Of a stretch of DNA of 64,000 nucleotides, positions 45,261-57,418 are shown one piece after another. Source of the DNA: Octopus vulgaris (Eukaryota); the NCBI GenBank assembly GCA_951406725.2, contig OX597826.1:58652001-58716000 (forward strand), read 5' to 3'. The notes below the pieces were generated by a model. The model was not told the origin of the DNA. It worked only from the letters and a program-made list of their open reading frames with translations, and did not search any database. Numbering within the stretch: position 1 is the stretch's first letter; each line of letters begins with the position of its first letter. Position numbers and translations under genes: made by a program.

Positions 45261-45296
<36 letters not shown>

Positions 45297-45466
45297 AGTG
45301 GTGGTGATGCCGGCTGTTATGGAGGTAGTAGCGGTGGTGACGGTGGCGGTGGTGGTGGCGGTAGTGATGGTAGCATCTACAGCAGTGACGACGGTATTGG
45401 TGACGACGATGATGTTCTTGGTCATAATGATGATGATGATGATGTTGAGGAGGAGGAGGAGGAGGG

Positions 45467-45507
<41 letters not shown>

Positions 45508-45532
45508 GTGATGGTGATGGTGATGGTGATGG

Positions 45533-45619
<87 letters not shown>

Positions 45620-45983
45620 TAGTGGTGGTGGTGGTAGTGATAATGATGATAAAGATAAGGATGAAATATTTTATGTGGATGTCAATCATGATGATGATCG
45701 TGATGCTGATGAAACTGATGTTGATAATGAGCGTTACGATATTTGATGATGATGACGATGACGACGACGACGACGAAGACGAAGATGATGACGATGATGA
45801 CGGTGGTGATGATGATGATGATTATGATGATGATGATGAAGTAAGAATAATTCCATCACACGATCTCATTAACGTGGGTGATGCAATAATAAGGAACATC
45901 GTTGTGAATGTGGCTGCGAATGTGTCGGAAAATGGAAAGGTTTCAGCAGCAGGAGCAGTAGCAGTAGCAGTAGTAGTAGTAGT

Positions 45984-46018
<35 letters not shown>

Positions 46019-46470
46019 TAGTTTTTGCTGCTAAGCTCCCTCTAGGTCATCTCCATGCCAACAGATGTAGGTATAATTAGTTATTCCGGCCATGACAGCC
46101 CCGTTTTAATCTACCTGAATAATGTCTAAATCCTCGTTTTTTAAACAATAAGACGTGATAAGATGGAGGTTTGACTGCTATTTCTAGGGAAGTTCTATAG
46201 TCGTGTAGAAACCCCATCATTTATTCAGGAGTTGAAATCAATTCTCTGTCGAATCTCGTAAAGAATGTTGATTGATCAATAATAATTGATAGAAAATCAA
46301 TTTTATCAAACAGAATCGCGCATTACGTACATTAATCCATTAATGATTTGATGGAGGTTTGGTTGCTATTTCTAGCAGAGCGGGAAGTAAGAATTAGGTA
46401 CCTTTGTTGCATTCTAATTGCGGTAATGTTCTTTTTGGTCAGTATGATGTTGGTAGTATGTTGATGATAG

Positions 46471-46869
46471 AAGGCGGCGAGCTGGCAGAATCGTTAGCAC
46501 GCCGGGCGAAATGCTTAGCGGTATTTCGTCTGTCTTTATGTTCTGAGTTCAAATTCCGCCGATGTCGACTCTGCCTTTCATCCTTTCGGGGTCGATTAAA
46601 TAATTACCAGTTACGCATTGGGGTCGATATAATCGACTTAATCCGTTTGTCTGTCCTTGTTTGTCCCCTCTGTGTGTAGCCCCTTGTGGGCAGTAAAGAA
46701 ATAGGTATTTCGTCTGTCTTTATGTTCTGAGTTCAAATTTCGCCGAGGTCGACTTTGCCTTTCATCCTTTCGGAGTCGATAAATTAAGTACCAATTGCGT
46801 ATTGGGGTCGATCTAATCGACTGCCCCCCACCCGAAAAAATTTCAGGCCTTGTGCCTAGTGTAGAAAAG
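46471..46869 (+). mobile_element. Dimeric SINE family B with TSD
   Basis: Two core units. 16-bp TSD AGTATG(T/C)TGATGATAG at 46455-46470 and 46870-46885. Confidence 0.9.
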
Positions 46870-47291
46870 AGTATGCTGATGATAGTGGTGATGGTGATAG
46901 TGCTGTTGGTGGAGGTTGTGGTGATGGTGGTGGTGGTGGTGGTGGCAGTGGTTGCGTGGCTGCGGCGGCGGTGGCGGTGGTGGTGAGGGTGGTGAGGGTG
47001 GAGTGGTAGCTATGTTGTTGTATATGTAACCTCGTTTATCACTGACTCCTTTAGAATTGATACAGATAACACGGTACGCTCAGTTGTGAACACTTTATGC
47101 TTAATACAGCTTGATCTGTGATAAGACTAAGTCGGTGATCAGTGGAACATTCTGCTTGCTCAGAAAAATTACGTCACATCCGTTACCCGTAATACCCAGC
47201 TACTCAGAATACCATGACTATCGTCCGCTTACGCGATGCATTCTGAAGCTGCATATTTTTTATACGGATTTACATACTCCTACACATTAGC

Positions 47292-47458
47292 ATGGCCTAG
47301 CGCAATGAAAAATTACAAAAGGGCCCGATCTTAACAAACGATGCAGACAAATGAATTCTTTACTGGAAAAGATAAAGATCAAGAAACTATGTGATAATGG
47401 AAGCTTCGTTGCTGTAGGCTGCTAGTTTGGTGTCAATGAATCTACCATTCGTTCCTTT
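47292..47458 (+). pseudogene. Tigger/pogo CENP-B-type HTH remnant
   Basis: LLEKIKIKKLCDNGSFVAVGC*FGVNESTIRS, compare TLxEK...GVNESTIR. Confidence 0.7.
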
Positions 47459-47579
47459 TACAAACTCCGTTGAGATGATTCATTTATCACTGATTATATT
47501 ATCACTGTTTCAAGCCAAAGCTCAGTGATAAACGAGGATGGAAGTTTTGGAATTTTTAGGTGGTAATATTAGTTGAGGC

Positions 47580-47817
47580 TTGTCAGGAGTCTCTTAGCTT
47601 AATGGCACAGAGCGCTCAGCCGGAATCTGAGAGGTGCAGTGTTCGACTCTCGATAGAGGCTTGCTGGCGAGATTTTTATTTCAAATACTGCAGAGGTCGA
47701 CTTTGCCTTTCATCATTTCGGGTGTTGATAACATAAGTATCAGTTGCATACTGGGGTCGATGTAATCGACTTTTGCCCTCCCACCAAATTACTGGCTTTG
47801 TGCCAAAATTTGAAACG
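47580..47817 (+). mobile_element. Chimeric SINE: tRNA-like cloverleaf head plus family B core and tail, with a 15-bp TSD
   Basis: TSD AATATTAGTTGAGGC at 47565-47579 and 47818-47832. Cloverleaf at 47588-47661. Confidence 0.75.
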
Positions 47818-47877
47818 AATATTAGTTGAGGCCGCAGTGATCTGTTGTGATGACCTTGATGATGTGAGACAAGTAGC

Positions 47878-48080
47878 AATGGTTTCTGATTTAGAAACAA
47901 GGGCAGCTATTTTGAGGGGAGGGGTATATAACTGGTACTTTGATTTATCTAATAAAGGCAAAAGCGGATGAAAGGCAAAGTGGACATCAGCGTGAATTGA
48001 ATTCAAAACGTAAAGAATCAGAAGGCAATCTACAATACTTTTCCTCTGACGCTCTCACGGATCTCACAAGCTCACAGCCT
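47878..48080 (-). mobile_element. SINE family B, degenerate
   Basis: actggtactt..ggatgaaaggcaaagtggac..gaattcaaaacgtaaag. Confidence 0.65.
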
Positions 48081-48270
48081 GTGTGAAACTGATAGTAACA
48101 AAGGTAACGATTGTTCTGTTTGCTTGTGGCATTAGTAGTGGTTGTGGTGTTGGTGTTGGTGTTGTGGTTATGCTGGTAGGGGGTCTTAGTGGCACGCCAA
48201 GCGATAATGGTGGTGGGCTGGTTCGTACTGTTGGAAGGAATTGTGATATTAATTGTGATAAAGGCGCATG

Positions 48271-48590
48271 GTGAAGGCGCGTGGCTCAGTGGTTAGAGCG
48301 TTAGGCTCATAATCATGAGGTTGTGAGTTCGATTCCCGGACCGGTCCGTGTGCTGCGTTCTTGAGTAAGACACTTTATTTCACGTTGATCCAGTTCACTC
48401 AGCTGTAGAAATGAGTTGCGATGTCACTGGTACCAAGCTGTATCAGCCTTTGCCTTTCACTTGGATAACATCAGTGACGTGGAGAGAGGACTGCTGGTCT
48501 TCCATAAAACAACCTTGTCCATACTTGTGGCTCGGAGGAGAACTTTCTATGTGGAATCCCATGGTCATTCATGACTGAAGGGGTGTCTTT
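48271..48590 (+). mobile_element. tRNA-derived SINE family D
   Basis: A box tggctcagtgg, B box gagttcgattccc, gttcttgagtaagacact core. Confidence 0.88.
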
Positions 48591-49071
48591 ATTGGCTCTG
48601 TTGATAGTGACTTTGATGGAGCGGTTATAGCGGTGTTAGTGGTAATAGTAATGGTTGTGATGTTGGTACTGGTGGTAGTACCTGTTATGCTAGTGGTGTG
48701 GTAGTGAATGTTGTGTTTGTAGTGGTGGTAATGGCATTCATTTGGTAGATGGTATTTACAGTAATGGTGGAGGTGTTTGAGGTAATAGCTGCTTTGGGTG
48801 TTGGCACTTTGGGTGGCACTTTGGGTGATGGCACTTTGGGTGTTGGCACAAGTTGTAATGGTTGTAGCGGTAATAGTGAATGTAGTGGTGTTGATTAGTG
48901 TTGTGATGTTGTTAGTAGTAGTGTTGGTTGGGGGTGATAATAGTTACTAGTGGCTGTTGGTAGTTGCTTTGGTGTTGGTAGTTGTGTTGCTGTTGGTTCT
49001 AACGTTGGTGATGATTGCGTTTGTTGGTTGTGGTGTAGATAACCTGGTAAGAAGTATTATTATTATTATTA

Positions 49072-49229
<158 letters not shown>

Positions 49230-50026
49230 TGTAGTTTGGTAGCGGCAGAGGCAGTGGTTGTTGTAGTGGAAATAGTAGTGAAAGTGGTGGTGATGGTGCT
49301 GTTGCTGGTGGTGGTTGTGGCAGTAATGGTAGTGTTGCTGGTGCTGATGGGTTTTCTAGCGACTGTTTTGATTGTTGGTAGTAGCGGTGGTGTTGTTAGT
49401 GGTGGTAGTTGTTTCGATGTTTATGATGATAGACCGTTTTTAAAGCTGGTCGTTTGTTATGGCATTGGTCCTGATGCTGATGTTGCTGATAATGATGATG
49501 GCATTAGTGTTCTCGTAGCTGTAGCTACTACTGCTGCTGCCGCTGCTGCTGTCCGTATTGTTGTTGAGGACGATGATGATGATGATGATGATGATGATGA
49601 CGATGGTGTTGACAGAAACGATTGTTATGACGTCGATGAGGATAATGGTGCCAATGTCCTGATATTTGTTGCGATGTGTGTGCTATTAGTCACTACTTCA
49701 TATGTTGCTCTCAGAGCCTTTCTGAAGTTATCATCATCACCATCATAACCATCACCATCGTCATCATCATCATCAGCATCGTCATCATCATCATCATCAT
49801 CATCATCTTCTTCTTCATCACCATCGTCATCATCATCATTGCCATCGTCATCATCATCATCATCCTCATCATCACCATCATCATCGTCATCATCGTCATC
49901 ATCGTCATCATCATCATCATCGTCATCATCATCACCATCGTCATCATCATTATCACCATCGTCATCATCATCACCATCATCTTTATTATCATTATCATCA
50001 TCAGCCGTAGCAGTATACTTGCAGCA

Positions 50027-50061
<35 letters not shown>

Positions 50062-50062
50062 G

Positions 50063-50116
<54 letters not shown>

Positions 50117-50769
50117 AAAACAGCGGCAGCAGTGGCAGTAGCAACGACAGCGGTACTGGTGGTAACAGTGGAAGTGATGAACGTGGTGATGGTAAAAGTT
50201 TTTGTGGTGGTGGTGAAGCGGTGATGGTAGTGGTGGCGGCGCCGGCGGCGGTGGCGGTGGCGGCGGTGGCGGTGGCGGTGGTAGTGGTGGCGGTGGTGGT
50301 GGTGGTGGTGTTGCGGCGGTGATAGTTTCATAGCGATTGTTTTGATTTCAGATAGAGAAAGGTAGTTGATGACCAACTGTGGCGAAGACTTGGAGATAAT
50401 GGTTCTTACCGTAATACTGCTTTTCAACAAACCTTTAACAAAATTTTCAAAGGATCCTCAATTAGGGACGGAGAAAGAGAAGAAATAGGGGCTGGTTGGG
50501 TAAATAGGTTTGAATAATAGAGAATAAGAGTTTGAAGAAAGAGAAAAAGCGGAGAAAATGTGACATAAAAGAGGATCCTTTTCATGCGGTAATATGTTGA
50601 ATGGAGACTTAGAAATCCGTAGAGATTTTGTTGTAAAGAAATAGGAAGATTTAGGAATAACGGACGGATGTGAGTTATATAGATAAAGGTAGATAGATGG
50701 ATAGATAGATAAATAGGTAGGTAGATAGATAGATAGATAGATGATAGATAGGCAGATAGATAGATAGAT

Positions 50770-50895
50770 AAGTTTCTTTATTGGCCACACAGGGCTGCAC
50801 ACAGATGGGACAAGTTACAAGGTAGAGCTTTTCTTTTGGGGGAGGAAAAACAAAAAAAAAAAGGTGGCGTAGGTTTTCGATCAAAAGAGATCGTT
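50770..50895 (-). mobile_element. LINE-like (L1/Tx1-type) 3' UTR end with AATAAA, inserted in (GATA)n
   Basis: Minus strand ..ttgtcccatctgtgtgcagccctgtgtggccaataaagaaac. The clade assignment is from recollection only. Confidence 0.5.
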
Positions 50896-51027
50896 AAAGG
50901 GAAAAAAGAACAAAAAAGTAAAAAAGAAAAAAAAGGAAAAGAAAAAAAGAAAAAAGGGAAAAGGAACAAAAGAAAAGAAAATGAAAAAAGAAGAAAAAAG
51001 AGGCAAAAAGGGGAAGAGGAAAAAAAC

Positions 51028-51112
<85 letters not shown>

Positions 51113-51290
51113 GTAGGTAGGTAAGTAGGTAAGTAGGAAGACAGACAGATAGACAGACAGAAAACAGACGGATAGATAAATAAAATAGTTAGATAGATAG
51201 ATAAAATAGGACATATTTAAATATGTGGTTATGCATAAACACACATAAATATGTGTATGTATAAATGGATATGTATATGTATATGTATAT

Positions 51291-51347
<57 letters not shown>

Positions 51348-51442
51348 TATACATATATATAGGTACTTATGCATGCATAAAGAAATATGTACTTATAGAT
51401 ATATGTACTTTATCTATCTATTTATCTATCTAACATAGATAG

Positions 51443-51481
<39 letters not shown>

Positions 51482-51637
51482 TTTCTTGAGCCTAGATGGT
51501 AAAAATCAACTTTACCTGCGTTTAAAATCAGATTAGTGAAGAAGGGAGAGAAAGAGCTAAATATATAAAATAAAAAATGTATAATAGAATGAACAAAAAT
51601 ACGCTAGGTTACATAGCTAATATATATATATATATAT

Positions 51638-51930
51638 AATATATAAAAGGGCTTAGTAAAATAAATTACTTTGCCGCATACTGAACTCATTAGAAATAGC
51701 AGCTAAAAAACTTTTTTAAAAACCATTTCTAATACTTAAAGAAAATCTCTCTCGTATAGTGTTTGGTCAACTCAACTCACGAAAGTTTCGTGAGTTGAGT
51801 TGACCAAACACTATACGAGAGAGATTTTCTTTAAGTATTAGAAATGGTTTTTAAAAAGTTTTTTAGCTGCTATTTCTAATGAGTTCAGTATGCGGCAAAG
51901 TAATTTATTTTACTAAGCCCTTTATATATT
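51638..51930. repeat. 293-bp near-perfect palindrome (1-nt loop at 51785)
   Basis: Arms differ only by two homopolymer-length indels. Confidence 0.97.
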
Positions 51931-52023
51931 GTAATAATTTGAATTCGCCTTAAATGGTCCCTTTGCATACTGAACACTTGGTGAAATTAATTAATAATTA
52001 ATTAATTTTACCCTCAATTGTTG

Positions 52024-52085
<62 letters not shown>

Positions 52086-52570
52086 TACGCACTCACATAC
52101 ACACACTCTCACAAACACAAATGTATATATACATGGCTGAAAGGTGGAGCAAATGACATTACAATAGTTCTATGTTCCATAATCTACAATTGTTTCAACA
52201 ACTTGCATGTGATAAATTAAATACCATCTATATTGAATAGACACGAATGAGAACAATGATACAGTCATGTCTGTAACGCGATGTATATTTACATTATAGC
52301 CTCTTTATTCGTTTATTCATAACCGAACAAACAAATATAATACGAAAATAAATTGGCTATTTCACTTTAGGAGGAAAAAATTTGGCACTGGATTTAGGTA
52401 GAAGCGGCCAAATTTAGGGTCTGGACAAGAAAGTAGACAGTTTATTTCATTGTTTCCCAACCTATTTTCCTCCAAGCCCCACTAATGTATGCCGCTCCGG
52501 TGAAATATTCTTAAAGAAATATCCACACTAGGCTATTAGAATAGCGCTATCACAAAGTATGCTTGGTTGG

Positions 52571-52740
52571 AAAGGCGGCGAGCTGGCGGAAACGTTAGCA
52601 CGCCGGACGAGATGCTTAGCGGTATTTCCCCTGAGGTCGACTTTGCTTTTTATCCTTTCAGGGTCGATAAATCAAGTACTGGGGTTGATCTAATCGACTG
52701 GCCCCTCCTCCAAAATTTCGGGCCTTGTACTTAGAGTAGA
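52571..52740 (+). mobile_element. Internally deleted SINE family B with TSD
   Basis: 17-bp TSD AAAGTAT(G/A)CTTGGTTGG at 52554-52570 and 52741-52757. Confidence 0.88.
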
Positions 52741-53907
52741 AAAGTATACTTGGTTGGAGGGAATGGTTTGAGATATAGGTGTAATGTGCCGAGTATAAGT
52801 ATAGTATGTTTTCAAGAAAAAAGATTTTCGCAATTCCAGGTCCCATTATAAAACAAGTAAAACAAATTTTGAATCATATGCCCTACCATAATTTTCACAG
52901 GTCCCAATGGTTGGGTGCATGACCCACATTGCGAATCATCAGGTTAGTTATAATTTTTGATATTTTAATTAGACACGTTCAGTTTATTGATTAAGACACA
53001 TAGGTCTGCTTATTCGTAGAGACATCATGACGGTTTTTTGTAAACCAGTTCATAGCTATGAAGAGTCGACAATATGTAGAAGAAACATAAAGTAGAGTCT
53101 TACTGTCGGGTGGAGTTTGAAGCGAAGTAGTCATGGTGGGTATACTGGGATTCGTATATTTTACCCCAGTGTCACTTTGGTGGCATGCACTGCATTAATA
53201 ATAATGGGCCAGCAAGTTCGGGCGAGTGGGAAGTTCTGACCCCAGTTTTTAACTGTTACTTAGTTTATAGACTCCGAAACAGTGAAAGGCAATGTTGATC
53301 TCGAATCATCGGGACGATGATGATGATAATGATGATGATGGTGGTGGTGGTGGTGTTGGTGGTGGGTGGTGGTGGTGGAGATGATAATGATGATTTCATT
53401 TATTGCCCACAAGGGACCAAGATACTGAGGGCAATATCAAAGGGCGATATACAAAACGCAGACAGGTGAAGTTTACATCAATCAAAGGGATACCCTACAA
53501 CATTTAGCATAAAATAATAAGGGTATGAAAATACACAACAGGCTAAGTGTGTTTGCGGAATACTCTGCCGCCTACAAATTAACTGATGTACTGTTCATTT
53601 AATTAATTAATAAACAAGTGAACCCAGTCCACAACAGGGCAATAATAGGATCATATTAAATCTAATTTACGCGCCCACACACACACACACGCACGCACAC
53701 ACACACACACACTTGCAAAGACAGAGGCGCATACACGGGCGCACATCCATGCACCCACACAATACATGCACGCATGTTAGTGAATATAAGTATATGACTA
53801 TGTGTGTATGTGTGTGTGTGTGTGTATCGGCATGTGTCCCGGATGCAGACATAATAAGTGTCATGTTCTTGTCTTGTAAATGATGTTTGCATTACTGAAC
53901 TCCACTC

Positions 53908-53969
<62 letters not shown>

Positions 53970-54294
53970 CCCTCCTTTCCACACTTGTAACAACGAATGT
54001 CGGCCATCTGGATGGAAATTACAGAAACTTGTTGCTAATGTCATCTTCTCTTTTTATTGACTCAACGGTGGACATCTGCAGCTGAGGAGACATGTCATAC
54101 GCACCGGCTGATTTGGCTTCCATACAGGTGTCGAAATCAGTGCTGTTAGTCGCTTTTCCTGTACATATCCTTCTATCTCTTTAGTTTTCCATTTTGTATT
54201 TACTCCCCGCTTAATGCTAACTATGTTTGTACGTACATACATACATACATACGTATGTATGTATGTATGTATGTATATGTGTGTGTATGTATGC

Positions 54295-54340
<46 letters not shown>

Positions 54341-54405
54341 ACAGCAGCAGCAGTTGTAGCTAACAGCAACAGCAGCAGTGGTAGTAATAAGCTGGAGCAG
54401 TAGTG

Positions 54406-54477
<72 letters not shown>

Positions 54478-54478
54478 A

Positions 54479-54518
<40 letters not shown>

Positions 54519-54882
54519 TGTTGTTGTTGTTTTTACTGCTGCTGCTCTTTAACCCTAGGACATCTCTGACTGAGACGAACTTATGGCTAGGTTCAAACGT
54601 ACTGATCATCAATTATGTTGCTGTGGCTGTTCAAACCCATATCAGCTGTCATTTTGAAGGTCTATGATAATAGATGTTACATACAACCATCACGTTATTT
54701 TGCAGCAACAAGCCCCGTGAAAAGCAGGCTCGCTTTGCAACATCGTGTACATATATACAAATATTCGTACATGCTTATATGTATGTATGTGTGTATGTAT
54801 GTATGTATGTATGTATGTATGTATAATGCATATATAGATATATGTATGGATGTATTTATATACGAATACATATATATATCGC

Positions 54883-55239
54883 GGCACTCCATCGGTTGCG
54901 ACGACGAGGGTTCCAGTTGATCCGATCACAGGAACAGCCTGCTCGTGAAATTAAAGTGCAAGTGGCTGAGCACTCCACGGACACAGAGTTGGTTCATCCT
55001 GACACAGTGTGACAAGGCTGGCCCTTTGAAATACAGGTACAACAGAAACAGACAGAAAAGGTGAGAGAAAGTCGTGATGAAAGTGTACAACAGGGTACGC
55101 CACCACCCCGCTGCCGGAGCCTCGTGGAATTTTAGGTGTTTTCGCTCAATAAACACTCACAACGCCCGGTCCGGAAATCGAAACCGCGATCCTGCGACCG
55201 CGAGTTCGCTGCCCTAACCACTGAGCCATTGCGCCTCCA
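54883..55239 (-). mobile_element. tRNA-derived SINE family C
   Basis: Reverse complement of 63391-63770. Confidence 0.9.
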
Positions 55240-55356
55240 AACACTCTCACACACATATACACATATTTATATATATAAAAAATACAAAATGGGACAAGAA
55301 CACAAAACATCCAGACAGTTAGGTGATACAAAAAAGGGACATATATAAATACCAGA

Positions 55357-55390
55357 CTAGACTACATGTGACCCGTTGGTTCACCGGGAA
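55357..55390 (-). mobile_element. Helitron-like 3' terminus
   Basis: Minus strand CCCG-GTGAACCAA-CGGG..CTAG|T. Confidence 0.45.
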
Positions 55391-56168
55391 ACTCTGAGTT
55401 TCTCCAGCAACAGAGTTTTGTTTCGTAGGTTGGAAAGATTTCGTTGCTATTTCTTGCACGCCCTGCTACCACGTATCAGGTATTTTAGGTCCTTTATCGC
55501 AGATAGCTGTTATGTGGTAGTAGGGCATGATAAAAATAGCAGCTAGATCTTTGGAGGTGAGATACGTTGAATGCACTCCCAAAAAACTATTTCACACTGA
55601 GGGTACAAATGGGTCTTTTACGAAATACTTACAGTATTTTCAAAGTCATTTTCATGTTAGAAAATGTGTTGCATATGCCAAAAGAAATTTTGTAAGGGTA
55701 TACACTTGAAAATAATTTTAAAAAACATAAATATTATCTGTTTAAAGAAAGCTAAAATATAAATATCTCCTGTACAAACAACTTACATTTTTGAAATCAC
55801 ATTCACTAAAAAATATTTCTAAATGATTAAAATATTCATTTTAACAAGAGAAAATAGAAATTGTAAGAAAAAAAAAAATTTAAGAATCGTATTTTGTTTC
55901 GTTGACAACTCACTTTCTAAAAGTAAGATAAGAGTTTCTTCCCTTCCAGGATGGAGATTATTTTCGGAACATTTTCCCATTATGAACCGTTTTTGGTATT
56001 TATACCCTAAAAATTTCTAATATCTAAAAAACTACCGATTTACGCGAAACTGGTTTCATTCAATTCATATTAATATTTCAGGGTAAACTTAATTCATGGT
56101 ATTTTCCCATTATGCGCCATTTTGGTTGGGTAATATTGCAACATTGCAAGCAAGCAATATTCAAGCTG

Positions 56169-56222
<54 letters not shown>

Positions 56223-56349
56223 TTAATAAATAAAACACATGCATATATATGTAGGTACGTACATATATGTATGTATATATGCATATGTTTTATTTATTAA
56301 TTCATTATATGACGGAACGCACGCATCCATTTCTGAGTAAGATTGTTCT

Positions 56350-56387
<38 letters not shown>

Positions 56388-56395
56388 ATATATAT

Positions 56396-56485
56396 CTGTG
56401 ATTGACTGGCGTCCCGTCCAGCTGGGGGAACACATATGTCACAGAAACCGGGAAACCGGGCACATGAGCCTGGGTAGGCTTAAAT
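56396..56485 (+). mobile_element. V-SINE-like 3' fragment
   Basis: gattgactggcgtcccgtccag..cagaaaccggg. Confidence 0.5.
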
Positions 56486-56512
56486 GGCGACGCTTATCGT
56501 TTATCGCTTATC

Positions 56513-56564
<52 letters not shown>

Positions 56565-56571
56565 GAGTGTA

Positions 56572-57418
56572 GGACAAAATTCCCCTAGGTCAAAAGCCCC
56601 ACGATCCCACGTACTAAAGTCCCCCGGAGAAAAATCCCATATTTAAAGTGTGAAAGTGCACAAACGCTCTTCGAGCAAAAGCCCCACGGTTATAATTTTG
56701 GGTTATTTTTCGTTTTATTTTTCACCTTTTAGTTGTTTCACTTATTAGACTGCAGCAATGCTGGGGCACCAGCTTGAAGAATTTTTAGTTGAATGTATCG
56801 ACGCCAGAATTTTTTAATAATTTTTAAACCAGCGCATGAAGTTAAGCCTAGAAGATCTCTCCACATGCTCGAAATAACAGGTCAATGTATGTATGTATGT
56901 ATGTATGTATGTATGTATGTATGTATGTATGTATGTATGTTATATGTATGTATGTATTTTTCATGGTTTTTACTTGTTTCAGTCATTGGACTGTGCGTAT
57001 GCTGTGGCATGCTGTGCCCCACAATTGCTGCAGTCTAATGAATGCAAATGTGAAAAAAGAAAAAGAAGAAGAATGAAATATATCACAGAAGTGGTTTTAA
57101 TCAAGCTTAAAACAAATTCTAGTTTCCATATAGCCAGCTAAAAATTCTCCAAGATGGTGCCCCAGGATGGCCGGCCACAGTTTGATCACTACAAGTAAAA
57201 AAGAAAACAATCTGGGCTCGTTACGTTCAGCTAAAAATTCTTCAAGACGGTGCCCCAGCATGGCCACAATTTAATAACTGAAACAAGTAAAAGACTTTTG
57301 TCCGAGGGGCTTTTGTCCACTTTCACACTTTAACTATGAGACTTTTGTACGAGGTGCTTTTGTTTGAAGAGGTTTAGTCCTAATGGGCTTTTGTCCTAGT
57401 AGGCTTTTGTCCGGATCC
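56572..57418. mobile_element. Foldback/MULE-like non-autonomous element with GGACAAAAGCCCC subterminal repeats
   Basis: Left ggacaaaa..aaagtgtgaaagtgcacaaa..gcaaaagcc. Right gacttttgtcc..ttttgtccactttcacacttt..cttttgtccggatcc. Confidence 0.7.

Noticed and set aside
47588-47661. Functional tRNA-Ser(GGA)
   Set aside because: The T stem is broken, position 33 is C, there is no long variable arm, and it is fused to a SINE core within TSDs.
50836-51036. Lysine-rich protein ORF
   Set aside because: It is the translation of an A-rich purine tract next to a LINE-like tail.
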